Assembly (NCBI GenBank): GCA_963706325.1
Contig: CAVPLT010000007.1
Span: forward strand, 448,001-512,000
DNA from: an uncultured Nitrospiraceae bacterium
Lineage (GTDB): Bacteria > Nitrospirota > Nitrospiria > Nitrospirales > Nitrospiraceae
Length of the DNA stretch: 64,000 nucleotides
Reading direction: 5' to 3'
A model generated the notes under the pieces. It saw only the letters and a list, made by a program, of their open reading frames with translations. It made no database searches and had not been told where the DNA came from. Of the stretch, positions 1 to 9,353 are shown one piece after another (the first letter of the stretch is position 1; the number at the start of each line of letters is the position of its first letter). A program made the position numbers and the translations under genes.

Positions 1-512
1 CCGAATTGTCCGCGCATCGCGTGTTTCGCAAGGTCAGTACCTATGACGCGGCATCCGACCTCATTCTCACGGGAAGGATCGAGCAATTCTTCGAACATGA
101 CCGACGTAAAGCATGGACCCTCATTCCTGGCGTGACCGATAAGGCCGCCAGTTTGTTTGGTGCCAACTCTAATGCAGCCAATGGAGAGGTCCAAGTCACG
201 ATGACCTTGCGCAACCCGACGGGGGAGGTGGTGGGCTCTTATGTGGGACAGTCTGAATTCAATGAGGACTACACCCCGAACAGCGAATGGCGCCCCGGTG
301 ATCGTCTCAATCGGAGTTTAGCGCAGGCCGTCGCGCAGATACGCGACAAGATGTTGGCCGACCCAAGCCTCCCTAAAACGAGAATACTGCCTCCAGTTTC
401 TCCTGATCAGCTCTCGATAAACTACTGGCTCGCATCAGCCGGCAGTCGACTCTGTAAATTCAGTCGGAGAAACTTGCTGCTCTGTCGACAAAGGGAATCG
501 ATTCTCCTTTGA
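1..512 (+). CDS. Hypothetical protein, 5' end outside the window
   Basis: Frame is open from the window edge (ELSAHRVFRK...LILTGRIEQF). The last ~35 aa look less protein-like. Confidence 0.55.
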   Translation, partial: ELSAHRVFRKVSTYDAASDLILTGRIEQFFEHDRRKAWTLIPGVTDKAASLFGANSNAANGEVQVTMTLRNPTGEVVGSYVGQSEFNEDYTPNSEWRPGDRLNRSLAQAVAQIRDKMLADPSLPKTRILPPVSPDQLSINYWLASAGSRLCKFSRRNLLLCRQRESILL

Positions 513-597
513 TCGCGGGATAATGTGGGCAAAGCATCTGGGAATCGATAGGGAGAGGTTCTAAATCCCGCACGCTTGCATAGCTTACGACGTCGGC

Positions 598-2199
598 CTA
601 ACTTTGGTCGGGGTCAGACCTCGTGCGTCTCTCGTCGAGTGCGCCGGAGATGGCCTGATTAAGCTGTTCAGGGGCTGCATCTTTCGTGAGAAAGGCGGCA
701 GCTCCTGCCTGCTTCATCGCCTCGGCAACTTGTGGGCTATTGTGAACCGATAGTCCAATGACGACTACGTGCGGGTAGCGAGTGGTAATCCGACGGGTCG
801 CTTCGATTCCATCCATGACCGGCATATTCACGTCCATGATCGCCACATCGGGCCTCAGAGTCTGGGCTAACTGCACCGCCTCCTGCCCATTCCCTGCCTC
901 ACCGACCACTTGGATGCGGTCGAATTGTTCCACGATCGCGCGCAATCCCTGGCGCACCATCGGGTGATCATCGACCATGAGCACGCGAACCGGTTCAACC
1001 TGTGAGCTCTCCTTCAATGAGAAGAATGAGGACGTGTCGTTATGAGATGAGGATCGAGTTGGCCGGGCAGACGACGATTGCAGGGAGAAGCTGAGGGTGG
1101 CGATCGTGCCTTGCCCTGGGACTGAAGCGAGTATGAACTGTCCGCCCACCGATTCCATCCGTTCACGGATGCTGAAGAGTCCGAAATGCGGTTCGGGACT
1201 CGCAGGCTCTGCTGATGAATCAAACCCCCTACCTGCGTCCTTTACGGTAATCACAAGGGTCTGCTGTATCAGATCGACCGTCAGCGCCGCATCCGTTGTG
1301 CCGGCATGCTTGACCACGTTCATCAGTAGTTCGCGCACACTCTGAAACAGTAGAATGGCATGTTCTTCACTGAGGTCGACAGAGGGCACATTCAGCTCTA
1401 TGTCCACCTTTAGTCCACGATGCTTCATTTGTTCGGCCAGCCACGTTAGCCCCATGATTAGTCCAAACTCCCGGAGCACCGGTGGCGTCAGCTGGGCGAC
1501 CAGAGAGCGGGTATAAGTGATGGCATCCTGAAGAATTCGATCAGCCTCCCTTAGTTGTTGCTGTGTTGGTTCATTTACTCCTTGGCTCGCTTGGGTGAGT
1601 TTCATGCGACACACCACCAGCATTTGCCCCAAGTAGTCGTGCAGGTCGCTTGCGAGGGTTCGACGCACCCGTTCTTCTGCCAGGCTCAGCTGCGTGGCCA
1701 AGCCGCGCAGCCGGTCTTGCGTCATCTGTAAGGACTGGGTCCGCTTCGAGACGCGTGCGTCCAGTTCGAGCGACAGCGACTTCAGGTCCTCCTCGATCCG
1801 TCTCCGCTCGGTAATGTCACGGGCGCTTTTTGAGGCGCCGATAATGTGTCCAGACGCATCCTTAATAGGCGAGACGGTCAAGGACACCAGCACACGGCTC
1901 CCATCTTTGCGCACGCGCGTGGTTTCAAAATGATCGACTCGTTCGCCGCGTTTGATTTTATCCAGGATGTGCTGCTCTTCAGAATGCCGCTCCTCAGGAA
2001 TCAGCATCGTAATGGGTTGACCGACGGCCTCAGCCTTCGTATAGCCGTAAATCCGCTCCGCTGCCGCATTCCACGACTGGATGATTCCTGTCAGACTTTT
2101 ACTGATAATGGCGTCGTCGGAGGATTCGACAATCGCGGCTAATAGTGCCATTTCCGGAAAGTGGACAGAGCCTTGGCTGGAGGAAGGTTGTGAAGGCAT
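598..2199 (-). CDS. Hybrid sensor histidine kinase (PAS/PAC, HisKA_3, HATPase, C-terminal REC)
   Basis: PAS (SSDDAIISKSLTGIIQSWN), H-box LASDLHDYLGQ, N-box ELLMNVVKHA, DAGRGF, receiver VLMVDDHPMVRQG...MDVNMP...FLTK. Start uncertain (2205, 2199 or 2151). Confidence 0.93.
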   Translation of the reverse strand: MPSQPSSSQGSVHFPEMALLAAIVESSDDAIISKSLTGIIQSWNAAAERIYGYTKAEAVGQPITMLIPEERHSEEQHILDKIKRGERVDHFETTRVRKDGSRVLVSLTVSPIKDASGHIIGASKSARDITERRRIEEDLKSLSLELDARVSKRTQSLQMTQDRLRGLATQLSLAEERVRRTLASDLHDYLGQMLVVCRMKLTQASQGVNEPTQQQLREADRILQDAITYTRSLVAQLTPPVLREFGLIMGLTWLAEQMKHRGLKVDIELNVPSVDLSEEHAILLFQSVRELLMNVVKHAGTTDAALTVDLIQQTLVITVKDAGRGFDSSAEPASPEPHFGLFSIRERMESVGGQFILASVPGQGTIATLSFSLQSSSARPTRSSSHNDTSSFFSLKESSQVEPVRVLMVDDHPMVRQGLRAIVEQFDRIQVVGEAGNGQEAVQLAQTLRPDVAIMDVNMPVMDGIEATRRITTRYPHVVVIGLSVHNSPQVAEAMKQAGAAAFLTKDAAPEQLNQAISGALDERRTRSDPDQS

Positions 2200-2285
2200 A
2201 TCCAATCGATGTTAAGCGACGTCAGTTGCCGACGCCACTAGGAATCCCCCCGGCGAGCGGTGATTTCTTAAATCTGTGAGAATTT

Positions 2286-3497
2286 CTACTCTGAACCGGC
2301 CATGTGTGCCAACGGCAGCGTGAACCGAAATGAGCTTCCTTGACCCAGCGTCGAGTCTACCCATAGGGTTCCTCCGTGGGCTTCAACTATCAACTTCGCA
2401 ATGTAGAGGCCCAAGCCCAAGCCCCCTTCAGCCCTATTGAGCTGAGAGAATTTCCGGAACAGCTTCAGTTAATCCTGTTCGGCAATCCCTGGCCCCGTGT
2501 CGGTAATGGAAACGGTTACCTGAGCTGAATCTCTTGTTGCAGCGACCCGGATCGAGCCTCCGGCCGGCGTAAACTTGATCGCATTTCCGATTAAATTAGA
2601 GACGGCTTGGATTAAACGGTCATGATCCGCCGATACCCAGAGGGGGTCTGGACATATATCGGCGAGCAAGACGCAAGACTTGTTGATCGCGACCGGCGAA
2701 AACAGCTTCACGGTTTCCTGCAAAAGCAGGCAGAGGTTCGCGCTGGTCAAGCTGAGCGTCACTGTTCCATGAGCGAATCGCTCAATGTCTAAGATGGCAT
2801 CGACCATGCGACCCATAAATGCCGCATTATCCTCCATGGCCGAGACCTGGGTGATGAGATTGGCTTGGTCCCAAGAATCTCTGGAGAGCTGCCTTCGCAG
2901 GAGCTGGGCGCCAATCGAGATGGCAACGGATTGGTTCTTGAGGTCGTGACAGATCATTCCCAGGGCCAGCTCGCGGTCTGCTGCTTCTTCTCTGGTGCTC
3001 GCGTGGCGCGTTTCTTCTGCTGCGAGATGCCGCAGCGCCTGCTGAGAGGCAAGGTCCGCGCACTCTCGTTCATGGCCCAGGCTCTTATTTGTACGGTCTC
3101 TCTCTGTCGACAAGAGTGCTTCTACCAGCAACTGGTTTTCCCGCCGCTCTCGCCATAAGTTTGAATCCTGTCGCTGGCGTTCATTAGCGATTTCTTTATC
3201 CGACTGTTCGCGCTCCGCCATGACCAGGGATTGGTCACCTGTCGTTATCCGTTCACGCCCCTCAGTTTCGTGCCGATCGCGCGCCGCTCGGTCACGGGTT
3301 CGACATTCGTCCGCACTACGACGATCCCCCTCGACGGCTTCAGTCGTTTGCCGCTCCACTTCTAGGCGTCTGGTCTCGAGGTGTGCGTCGGTCTTCGCGC
3401 GCTCGTCCTGTAGGCTCTTGTCCGTCTCGGCTCGGCCGGATTCCGACTCTTCATCCCTGGCAGTCATGGCCAGACTCCTCTTCGGCTGGCTGAACAT
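2286..3497 (-). pseudogene. Sensor histidine kinase interrupted by an in-frame TAA at 2469-2471
   Basis: H-box ICHDLKN, N-box NLIGNAIKFT, G1 DTGPGI. After the TAA the same frame continues [52 protein letters not shown] to TAG at 2286-2288. Confidence 0.85.
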
Positions 3498-3855
3498 ACA
3501 ACTTCCGCCGGTTTCCCACCATGTGGTTGCACGACTCTGCCGAGGCCCTGTCGTTCGGTAGGAATCTTATCATCCATCAAGCTGGTCCTAGGTTGCTAGC
3601 CGCTCCGGACCGTACTCTGGTGTACTGGCCATGCTCTCGACTGCGCCCAACCTAGCGCAAGAGGTGGACAAGGAGGATCAGGAAAGATTGTCTGGCAACT
3701 CTCATAGGCATAGTTTCGATGATTCTGGTGAGGTTAGAATGGCTTAGGAATGCCGGAGAGCTGCCAATGCACAAGCTATGCAGTATCCCATTCTCGTACT
3801 TCCCCTCAGGCCGCGTTATAGCGGACCGGAATGTACCCAATAAAGATGATTTGCA

Positions 3856-4077
3856 CTATTTCTTTTTGCCTGGGGTAAGTTTTCGGGGTTTCGCGTCTCC
3901 TCGATCGCCTGGCCCCTTTTTGCTAACCGTTTTCGCTTTTCGCCGACGATCCTGGCTTAGTGACTTGCTCACGTCGTCTTGGGAGTCGGTAAACTTCCCG
4001 TCCTTGGTGCGCCGCACATACCGTTTATCCTTCTTTTGTGGCTTGAGCAATTCGCGTTTTGCAGCCTTCCGTGGCAT
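3856..4077 (-). CDS. Small basic conserved hypothetical protein (73 aa)
   Basis: ATG with purine-rich RBS. The DKRYVRR..DGKF..DDV..SL..DRRRKAKT...GDRGD pattern resembles a widespread small hypothetical family. Confidence 0.7.
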   Translation of the reverse strand: MPRKAAKRELLKPQKKDKRYVRRTKDGKFTDSQDDVSKSLSQDRRRKAKTVSKKGPGDRGDAKPRKLTPGKKK

Positions 4078-4434
4078 ATCTGCGCCCTCTTCTGCCGGGG
4101 TACTTCCTATTCAATCAATGGGAGCCTAGTAAAATCCCTGAGGAAAACCGTGGCCATCAAACAACGGATCTCTCTAGGGTCATTTCTAGGACGGTCAGAG
4201 TAAAGGAAAGTGTAGGTTCGAGAATGTCATTTTTCGCGCAGTGGCCTAAGCTCTGCACATGACTTCTCACGGATGTCTTCACAGTCTCGCGACGCGATCA
4301 TGGACAGTGGCGTCGGGCACGCTCCGAGCACCAAACTGCCGCTAGAGGGGATCTTTATCCGCGCAGCTGCTTACTAGATGCTCGTACGGCCACGCCTACG
4401 GAAGCTGGGTGTGCTGTTCAATCAAGGAGGTCTT

Positions 4435-4731
4435 ATGCCTGTCACATTAATCAATGTTTTTACGGTTCCGGAGGACAAAGAAGGCGAATTTGTGAAATGG
4501 TGGGAAGCCGTGAAAGAGAACATCACGAAACAAGAGGGGTTCATCAGCGGAAAATTCCATAAGGCCATCAAGTCAGGCAGCAGATACAACTACATTAATG
4601 TGGCGCTCTGGAAGGATGAAGATGTCTACTGGAAGGCCTATGAGAAAAGTGTGACGCCTATGAAGGCAAAGTTAGGGGAGTTAAATGTCGAAATGACTCC
4701 GGCTCTCTATCAGGTCGCATTCGACTACTGA
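4435..4731 (+). CDS. Antibiotic biosynthesis monooxygenase (ABM) domain protein
   Basis: AAGGAGG RBS before ATG 4435; LINVFTV...QEGFISGKFH...YINVALW pattern. Confidence 0.85.
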   Translation: MPVTLINVFTVPEDKEGEFVKWWEAVKENITKQEGFISGKFHKAIKSGSRYNYINVALWKDEDVYWKAYEKSVTPMKAKLGELNVEMTPALYQVAFDY

Positions 4732-4945
4732 CCTCGGTTGTAGGCGACTGACCTTCGACAGCGCTAGAGGGAAAAGCTACTGCCGGTTTAACTGAACCAA
4801 CCCTAGCCGGCTGCGGTGAGCCCCTGTGAGGATCGGAACCCCTGTGGTTTCACGCTTCCCTAAATTGATAGTGCAGCCGCTGGTCATCCATGAGGTTCAC
4901 GTTCAGTGGAGATCGCGCTAGCGACACGGCTCTGTGCTTTCCCGT

Positions 4946-5134
4946 TCAATGCTTGTCGAAGCACTTCGCAAGGCTCAGAGAGGCATCCGCCCGGGTCACC
5001 TGGCACTTGAGATGCTCGCAGACGCATGGTTCTGACCACCGCCCGATTGCAGCTTCTTCGCAGATTTCACCGCAGTAAAGTCCATTTTCCGGTTGGCACA
5101 GGCATGGTGGGTGGGCACATTTCTTTTTAGCCAC
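4946..5134 (-). CDS. Bacterial metallothionein-like Cys-rich protein (SmtA/BmtA-like)
   Basis: GGGAG RBS 8 nt before GTG 5134; KCAHPPCLC...NGLYCGEIC...CVCEHLKC; 9 Cys and 3 His in 62 aa. Confidence 0.65.
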   Translation of the reverse strand: MAKKKCAHPPCLCQPENGLYCGEICEEAAIGRWSEPCVCEHLKCQVTRADASLSLAKCFDKH

Positions 5135-5398
5135 GAGCGAGACTCCCAAAGGCGTCAACACTAGAAGGGATTTGAGCCTGGTGCTATGGGGGCGTTCACT
5201 AGATTTATGGTCTCGCTCTACTAGCGCAGTGTCACTCCTATTAGAAAGCGCTATGGATGAGTTTGGGACCGGCCTCCCTTATTTTGGTTTGTGAAAGATC
5301 CGCGATAGCCATGGCCCTATGAGTTCTCATCGACCACACTGGTGACTCACGGGGCGCAGGCGCTAACCTGCGCTTATACGTTGGTCTTCCTCCAGAAT

Positions 5399-5478
5399 CG
5401 TCAAAACTGACACTTGCCAGTCGTGAGGAATCGTTTTGATTGCAATTCTCCTGCGAGCAACGTGTCATAATTGACACG
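5399..5478. promoter_or_regulatory. Pair of GTCA-N4-TGAC palindromic sites (candidate sigma54 enhancer)
   Basis: CGTCAAAACTGACAC at 5399-5413 and CGTGTCATAATTGACACG (perfect 7-bp arms) at 5461-5478, upstream of the sigma54 motif at 5640. Confidence 0.55.
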
Positions 5479-5639
5479 AACCTGGTGCGAATCGGCCACA
5501 ACTCCACCTGCCTCTTCGAGAGATATGCAATCTCAGTAGTTTAAAAATGCCTTGAATTGTGGTGATTCAACAGGATAGTAGAGGTCGAGCGAGGCGGAGC
5601 AGATCGTGGCCGCCCGCCTTTAGTTGCATGCCCGCAGGC

Positions 5640-5655
5640 TGGCATTAAGTTTGCT
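5640..5655 (+). promoter_or_regulatory. Sigma54 (-24/-12) promoter
   Basis: TGGCATTAAGTTTGCT matches TGGCAY-N5-TTGCW with exact GG-N10-GC spacing. Confidence 0.75.
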
Positions 5656-5740
5656 GCATTAGGTGGCTGAAGGAAACGGAGAGTCGACTTAAAAGGAGAT
5701 GCAGGGTTACGACACCTTCACGGATCCTCAAGGAGGCAGC

Positions 5741-5989
5741 ATGGCGACGAATAGGAAGAACGCTGATCCGAACGGAAACGCAGTTGACGCATCGAATGCC
5801 GAATCTCCCCGGAGTCTCACCTACGACGAGAAAAAAGCCGCTGAGGCCGCCTTCTGCGGCGAACCGTTCAACCCCGCCTGGTCGGCCACGGCAGAACGAG
5901 TGTATGAGGGAATCATGCTGGCGAAGGGAACCAGAGCGCTGGAGTCACTCGCGGATGCCCCAGTCGATTCCGAGTGCGTCCTGAGCTGA
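5741..5989 (+). CDS. Small hypothetical protein (82 aa)
   Basis: AGGAGG RBS before ATG 5741; protein-like core LTYDEKKAAEAAFCGEPFNPAWSATAERVYEGI; lies downstream of the sigma54 motif. Confidence 0.75.
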   Translation: MATNRKNADPNGNAVDASNAESPRSLTYDEKKAAEAAFCGEPFNPAWSATAERVYEGIMLAKGTRALESLADAPVDSECVLS

Positions 5990-6112
5990 AGGTTTTCCGA
6001 TGCAGGCGCGTCCGTCCGCCTGCAAGCTGTAGGGAAAAGACGGCAACCTGTGATTTGTCCCAGGCGGTGAGGTCCTCTCAGGGATCAATCGTTATAGTCA
6101 GGACATCGGCGG

Positions 6113-6706
6113 CTACAGTCTGCGGGCACGAATGAGGTCCGACACCGGAAATCCCAGCTGGCTAGCATACTCGACCAGCCGCTGATAGATCGCGTCATCA
6201 AGCTGAGGAGTACGGGAGAGAATCCAGAGAAAGCGACGATCCGGCGTACCCACCAACGCGGTTCGGTAGTCGGGGTCAAGAGCGAGAATCCAATAGTTCC
6301 CTTCACGCGACGAGCCGAAGAGCCGGGCAAAGTAGTTGTCGAATACCACGTTGAGCCTGGCATTCGTCGTCCGGTCGACTACCGTCGCCACACCTTCCGC
6401 CTGCTCAACACCTCCGCTGTCTGTCACACATTCATTGTGTACTCCGACCGCTCCGTCTGAACGACTCGTATAGATTGCCTTTGAGTCTAGGCAGTGTCGC
6501 TGAAACCACATCGGCAACCGTGCTATCTCGTACCACGTCCCTGCATAACGGGCGAGATCCACCGACGGGACCGTCGGCAAGGTGTCTTTCCGATCCACGC
6601 CCGCGCAGGATGTCACGATCAGGCATAGTGCCGCGGCTGCAACTATCCTTCCTGCTCGGACCAGATATCTGCCGGAATCTCGCATCAGCGTCTCCATGGT
6701 CGACAT
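6113..6706 (-). CDS. blc: Outer membrane lipocalin lipoprotein (Blc family)
   Basis: Lipobox VTSC; VDLARYAGTWYEIAR; YWILALDPDY; FLWILSRTP. Confidence 0.93.
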   Translation of the reverse strand: MSTMETLMRDSGRYLVRAGRIVAAAALCLIVTSCAGVDRKDTLPTVPSVDLARYAGTWYEIARLPMWFQRHCLDSKAIYTSRSDGAVGVHNECVTDSGGVEQAEGVATVVDRTTNARLNVVFDNYFARLFGSSREGNYWILALDPDYRTALVGTPDRRFLWILSRTPQLDDAIYQRLVEYASQLGFPVSDLIRARRL

Positions 6707-6962
6707 GAAAATACGTTATCCCTTCAATGCATAAAATAACTCCAGGCCTTTCACCGGAGCAAGCTGTAATGACGCCGCTGATTATGCATGATGTCGTCCA
6801 GCGTCATGAGTCTCTACATGGCAAACATCGAACTTGTCTCAAAGAATTAAGCTGCCCTCGACCCCATAGTGGCTGAGGGGCGTCTCGAGTTGTTGCTCCA
6901 AGGTCCTCACGGCCGTTAAGCTCAAGGGAAAACCGGGACTCATTTTTCCAGGGAGAAGGACG

Positions 6963-7583
6963 ATGAAGCCACCGATCAGCGACATTGCGTTTACGGACTC
7001 AGTGAAGGCGATTCAGGCCCGCATGGGTTCGCGCAAGCAGTATGAGAGGATGGAAACGACTGATGGGTGGGAAAATACCATCTCCATGGACCTCGCGGCC
7101 TTCATCGGCGAACGTGATTCCTTTTATTTCGCCACGGCCAATGCAAAGGGGCAGCCGTATATCCAGCACCGTGGGGGACCGAAGGGATTCCTCAAGGTGT
7201 TGGATGACCACACGCTGGCGTTTGCCGATTTCGCAGGCAATCGGCAGTACATCTCTATCGGGAACCTGGCGGAGAACAAGCAAGCCTTTCTGTTTCTCAT
7301 GGATTACGTCAATCAAACTCGAGTCAAAATCTGGGGAACTGCCGAGGTCGTCGACAATGATCCGCGCCTTGTGAAAGAACTCAGTGACGCGAGCTATAAG
7401 GGGAAACCAGAACGCGCCATCCGCTTTCGCGTGGAAGCAGTCGATATCAATTGCCGGCAGCACATTCAACCGCGGTTCACACAGGCAGAGGTTGAAGCCC
7501 TGGTGCAGCCACTGCGCGAACGGCTTACCGAATTGGAAGCCGAGAATACTGCCTTGAAACGCTCAGGCGCGCGCACCCCGTAG
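6963..7583 (+). CDS. Pyridoxamine 5'-phosphate oxidase-like FMN-binding protein
   Basis: PYIQHRGGPKGFLKVLD, FADFAGNRQYISIGNL, DINCRQHI motifs. Confidence 0.9.
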   Translation: MKPPISDIAFTDSVKAIQARMGSRKQYERMETTDGWENTISMDLAAFIGERDSFYFATANAKGQPYIQHRGGPKGFLKVLDDHTLAFADFAGNRQYISIGNLAENKQAFLFLMDYVNQTRVKIWGTAEVVDNDPRLVKELSDASYKGKPERAIRFRVEAVDINCRQHIQPRFTQAEVEALVQPLRERLTELEAENTALKRSGARTP

Positions 7584-7618
7584 GTCATCGAGCGTCTGTG
7601 TCTCGTTCTGCGGTGAGG

Positions 7619-8383
7619 TCAGGGAAGTTGCATGCCGATCCCGAAGGTTGCCGCATAGCCATCGGCTGTTGCTGTCGGAGCGAGCATCAGTTGATCCCCG
7701 CCACGCCTAAAAATGCGATCATCCTGGTTTTGCGCGTTGCGCCGGCCTTTCGAGGCATAGGGTTGATCGGCGTGCACGCGATCCGTGAGTCCATCATCGA
7801 AGTACATTTGCGACGTAAACTCCGAGTGCCGCTCGGCGGCGTGCGCCGTCCGAACCTTCATGTGAATGTGCACCGTCCTGCCCGCATACCAACCTGGATA
7901 GATGGTGAGGAATGTGGCTTCGCCCCGTGCGTCGGTGATCTGATAGCCACGCAAAAATTTTTGGCCGATGGTGGTGAATCCCGCGTCTTGCACATCCGAA
8001 TACGCACCCAGCGCGTCGCAGTGCCAGATATCCACCTGAGCGCCGGCCAATGGCTGACAATCTCCAGAACCAAGCCGAACTATTTGCAATGTCAGCGTGA
8101 GTGGCGTACCGGGTTTGACTTCGCCGCTAGTCGGATCTGAACGGATGTCGGATCGGTTCAAGCGCTCATCGACGAAATAGGGACCTTCGGTTTGCTCCGG
8201 TCTGACGACGCAGGCGGGAACGTGGATGGCCGCAATAGATTGCCGAGAAACCAGACCGCTGCCCATGAACCCAAGCGCGCCGGTTACGCCGAGCAATGTG
8301 AGCATTTGACGACGGGAGAGGAGATGTTGTGTGGGCGACTCAGCAGATATGAGAGACGGTCTTCTCATTGAGAGCTTCTCCAT
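7619..8383 (-). CDS. Intradiol ring-cleavage dioxygenase family protein with Tat signal
   Basis: SRRQML twin-arginine motif; TEGPYF, VDIWHCDALGAYS, FLRGYQ, PGWYAGRTVHIH iron-ligand motifs. Confidence 0.9.
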   Translation of the reverse strand: MEKLSMRRPSLISAESPTQHLLSRRQMLTLLGVTGALGFMGSGLVSRQSIAAIHVPACVVRPEQTEGPYFVDERLNRSDIRSDPTSGEVKPGTPLTLTLQIVRLGSGDCQPLAGAQVDIWHCDALGAYSDVQDAGFTTIGQKFLRGYQITDARGEATFLTIYPGWYAGRTVHIHMKVRTAHAAERHSEFTSQMYFDDGLTDRVHADQPYASKGRRNAQNQDDRIFRRGGDQLMLAPTATADGYAATFGIGMQLP

Positions 8384-8690
8384 AAAACGCGCGGGCGCAA
8401 GTTTGACTGGAAGGTGGCGTTAGATTTTCATCAGTGATTAGCGATGTTTTAACGCTCTCTCTGCTCATACTTGGTTGATCTGTGAAGCTAACCGTAGTCG
8501 GGACAGCCTACGTTCCGCGAAGAAGGGTGTCAACGACACTGAGCAGGCAATTGCCTATTTGTTAAGGGAAGGTCCCAACCTGCGAGACGGAGCAAAGGAG
8601 CAGACTGCGCATTCACACTAGCAGCGATAGAACGGCAGGTTGATCGAATGTAGGCTGTGCAGAAACATTGACATGTTCATCCACGCGGCT

Positions 8691-8722
8691 CGCCGGGGCC
8701 CCCTTCACAGGAGACCCCGGCG
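8691..8722 (-). terminator. GC-rich stem-loop downstream of the 8746-9099 gene
   Basis: CGCCGGGG...CCCCGGCG inverted repeat; no clear U tract. Confidence 0.35.
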
Positions 8723-8745
8723 CAATGATGAGGGCCGGTCGCGGG

Positions 8746-9099
8746 TTACTGCACTTCGACGTTGATGCTCTGGGTAGCGGTCAGGAGGGCATGATCCTTA
8801 GTGGCGCCGGTCACGGTCACCTTGTGCTTGCCTTTGGGGACACCCTTGAATGTTCCCCCGAAACCCTTCTGATACTGATCATCCAGATACACGTGGGCGT
8901 GTGCCGCTTGAGAGCCCTTGGTCAATTCGTACTTGAGCTCAAAGCTGTCGCTGACCTTGTCTCCATCCTTGGGAGAGGTAATCACGATTTTTGACCCGTC
9001 ATCGATCGGCTTATCAGCCGCGAAAACCGGCGTCCCGCCGAGCATGCTCACTAATGCAATGCCCAGTCCCACAAATCCGATGCTTTTCATCACATGCAT
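8746..9099 (-). CDS. Exported small beta-rich protein with His motif (DUF4399/DUF6130-like)
   Basis: AAGGAGG RBS; signal peptide ending VFA; ITSPKDGDKV, HAHVYLD, GKHKVTV. Confidence 0.8.
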   Translation of the reverse strand: MHVMKSIGFVGLGIALVSMLGGTPVFAADKPIDDGSKIVITSPKDGDKVSDSFELKYELTKGSQAAHAHVYLDDQYQKGFGGTFKGVPKGKHKVTVTGATKDHALLTATQSINVEVQ

Positions 9100-9353
9100 G
9101 ACGGCCTCCTTGTTTAAACTAATCGAGTGAACGCTGCACCTTATCATCTCTACGAAAGATTCGCTGAGATGGATTCATCTGATCCAATGGCACGTAGGCA
9201 CTCGGCAAGCGGCGGAGGAAAAACGGAGTAGATGCTGAAGCAGATCCTGACACTTGCTCTAGGTAGGTGGCAAGGTTAAGGTGGTCGTAGTCACTACCAT
9301 CTGCTGAGGGATTTCTATGTCTCAATGGTGTGATCCGTCTGGATAAGGAATTC

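Noticed and set aside
400..512. Possible lost stop codon in the first ORF
   Set aside because: The tail looks atypical, but this cannot be judged without homologs.
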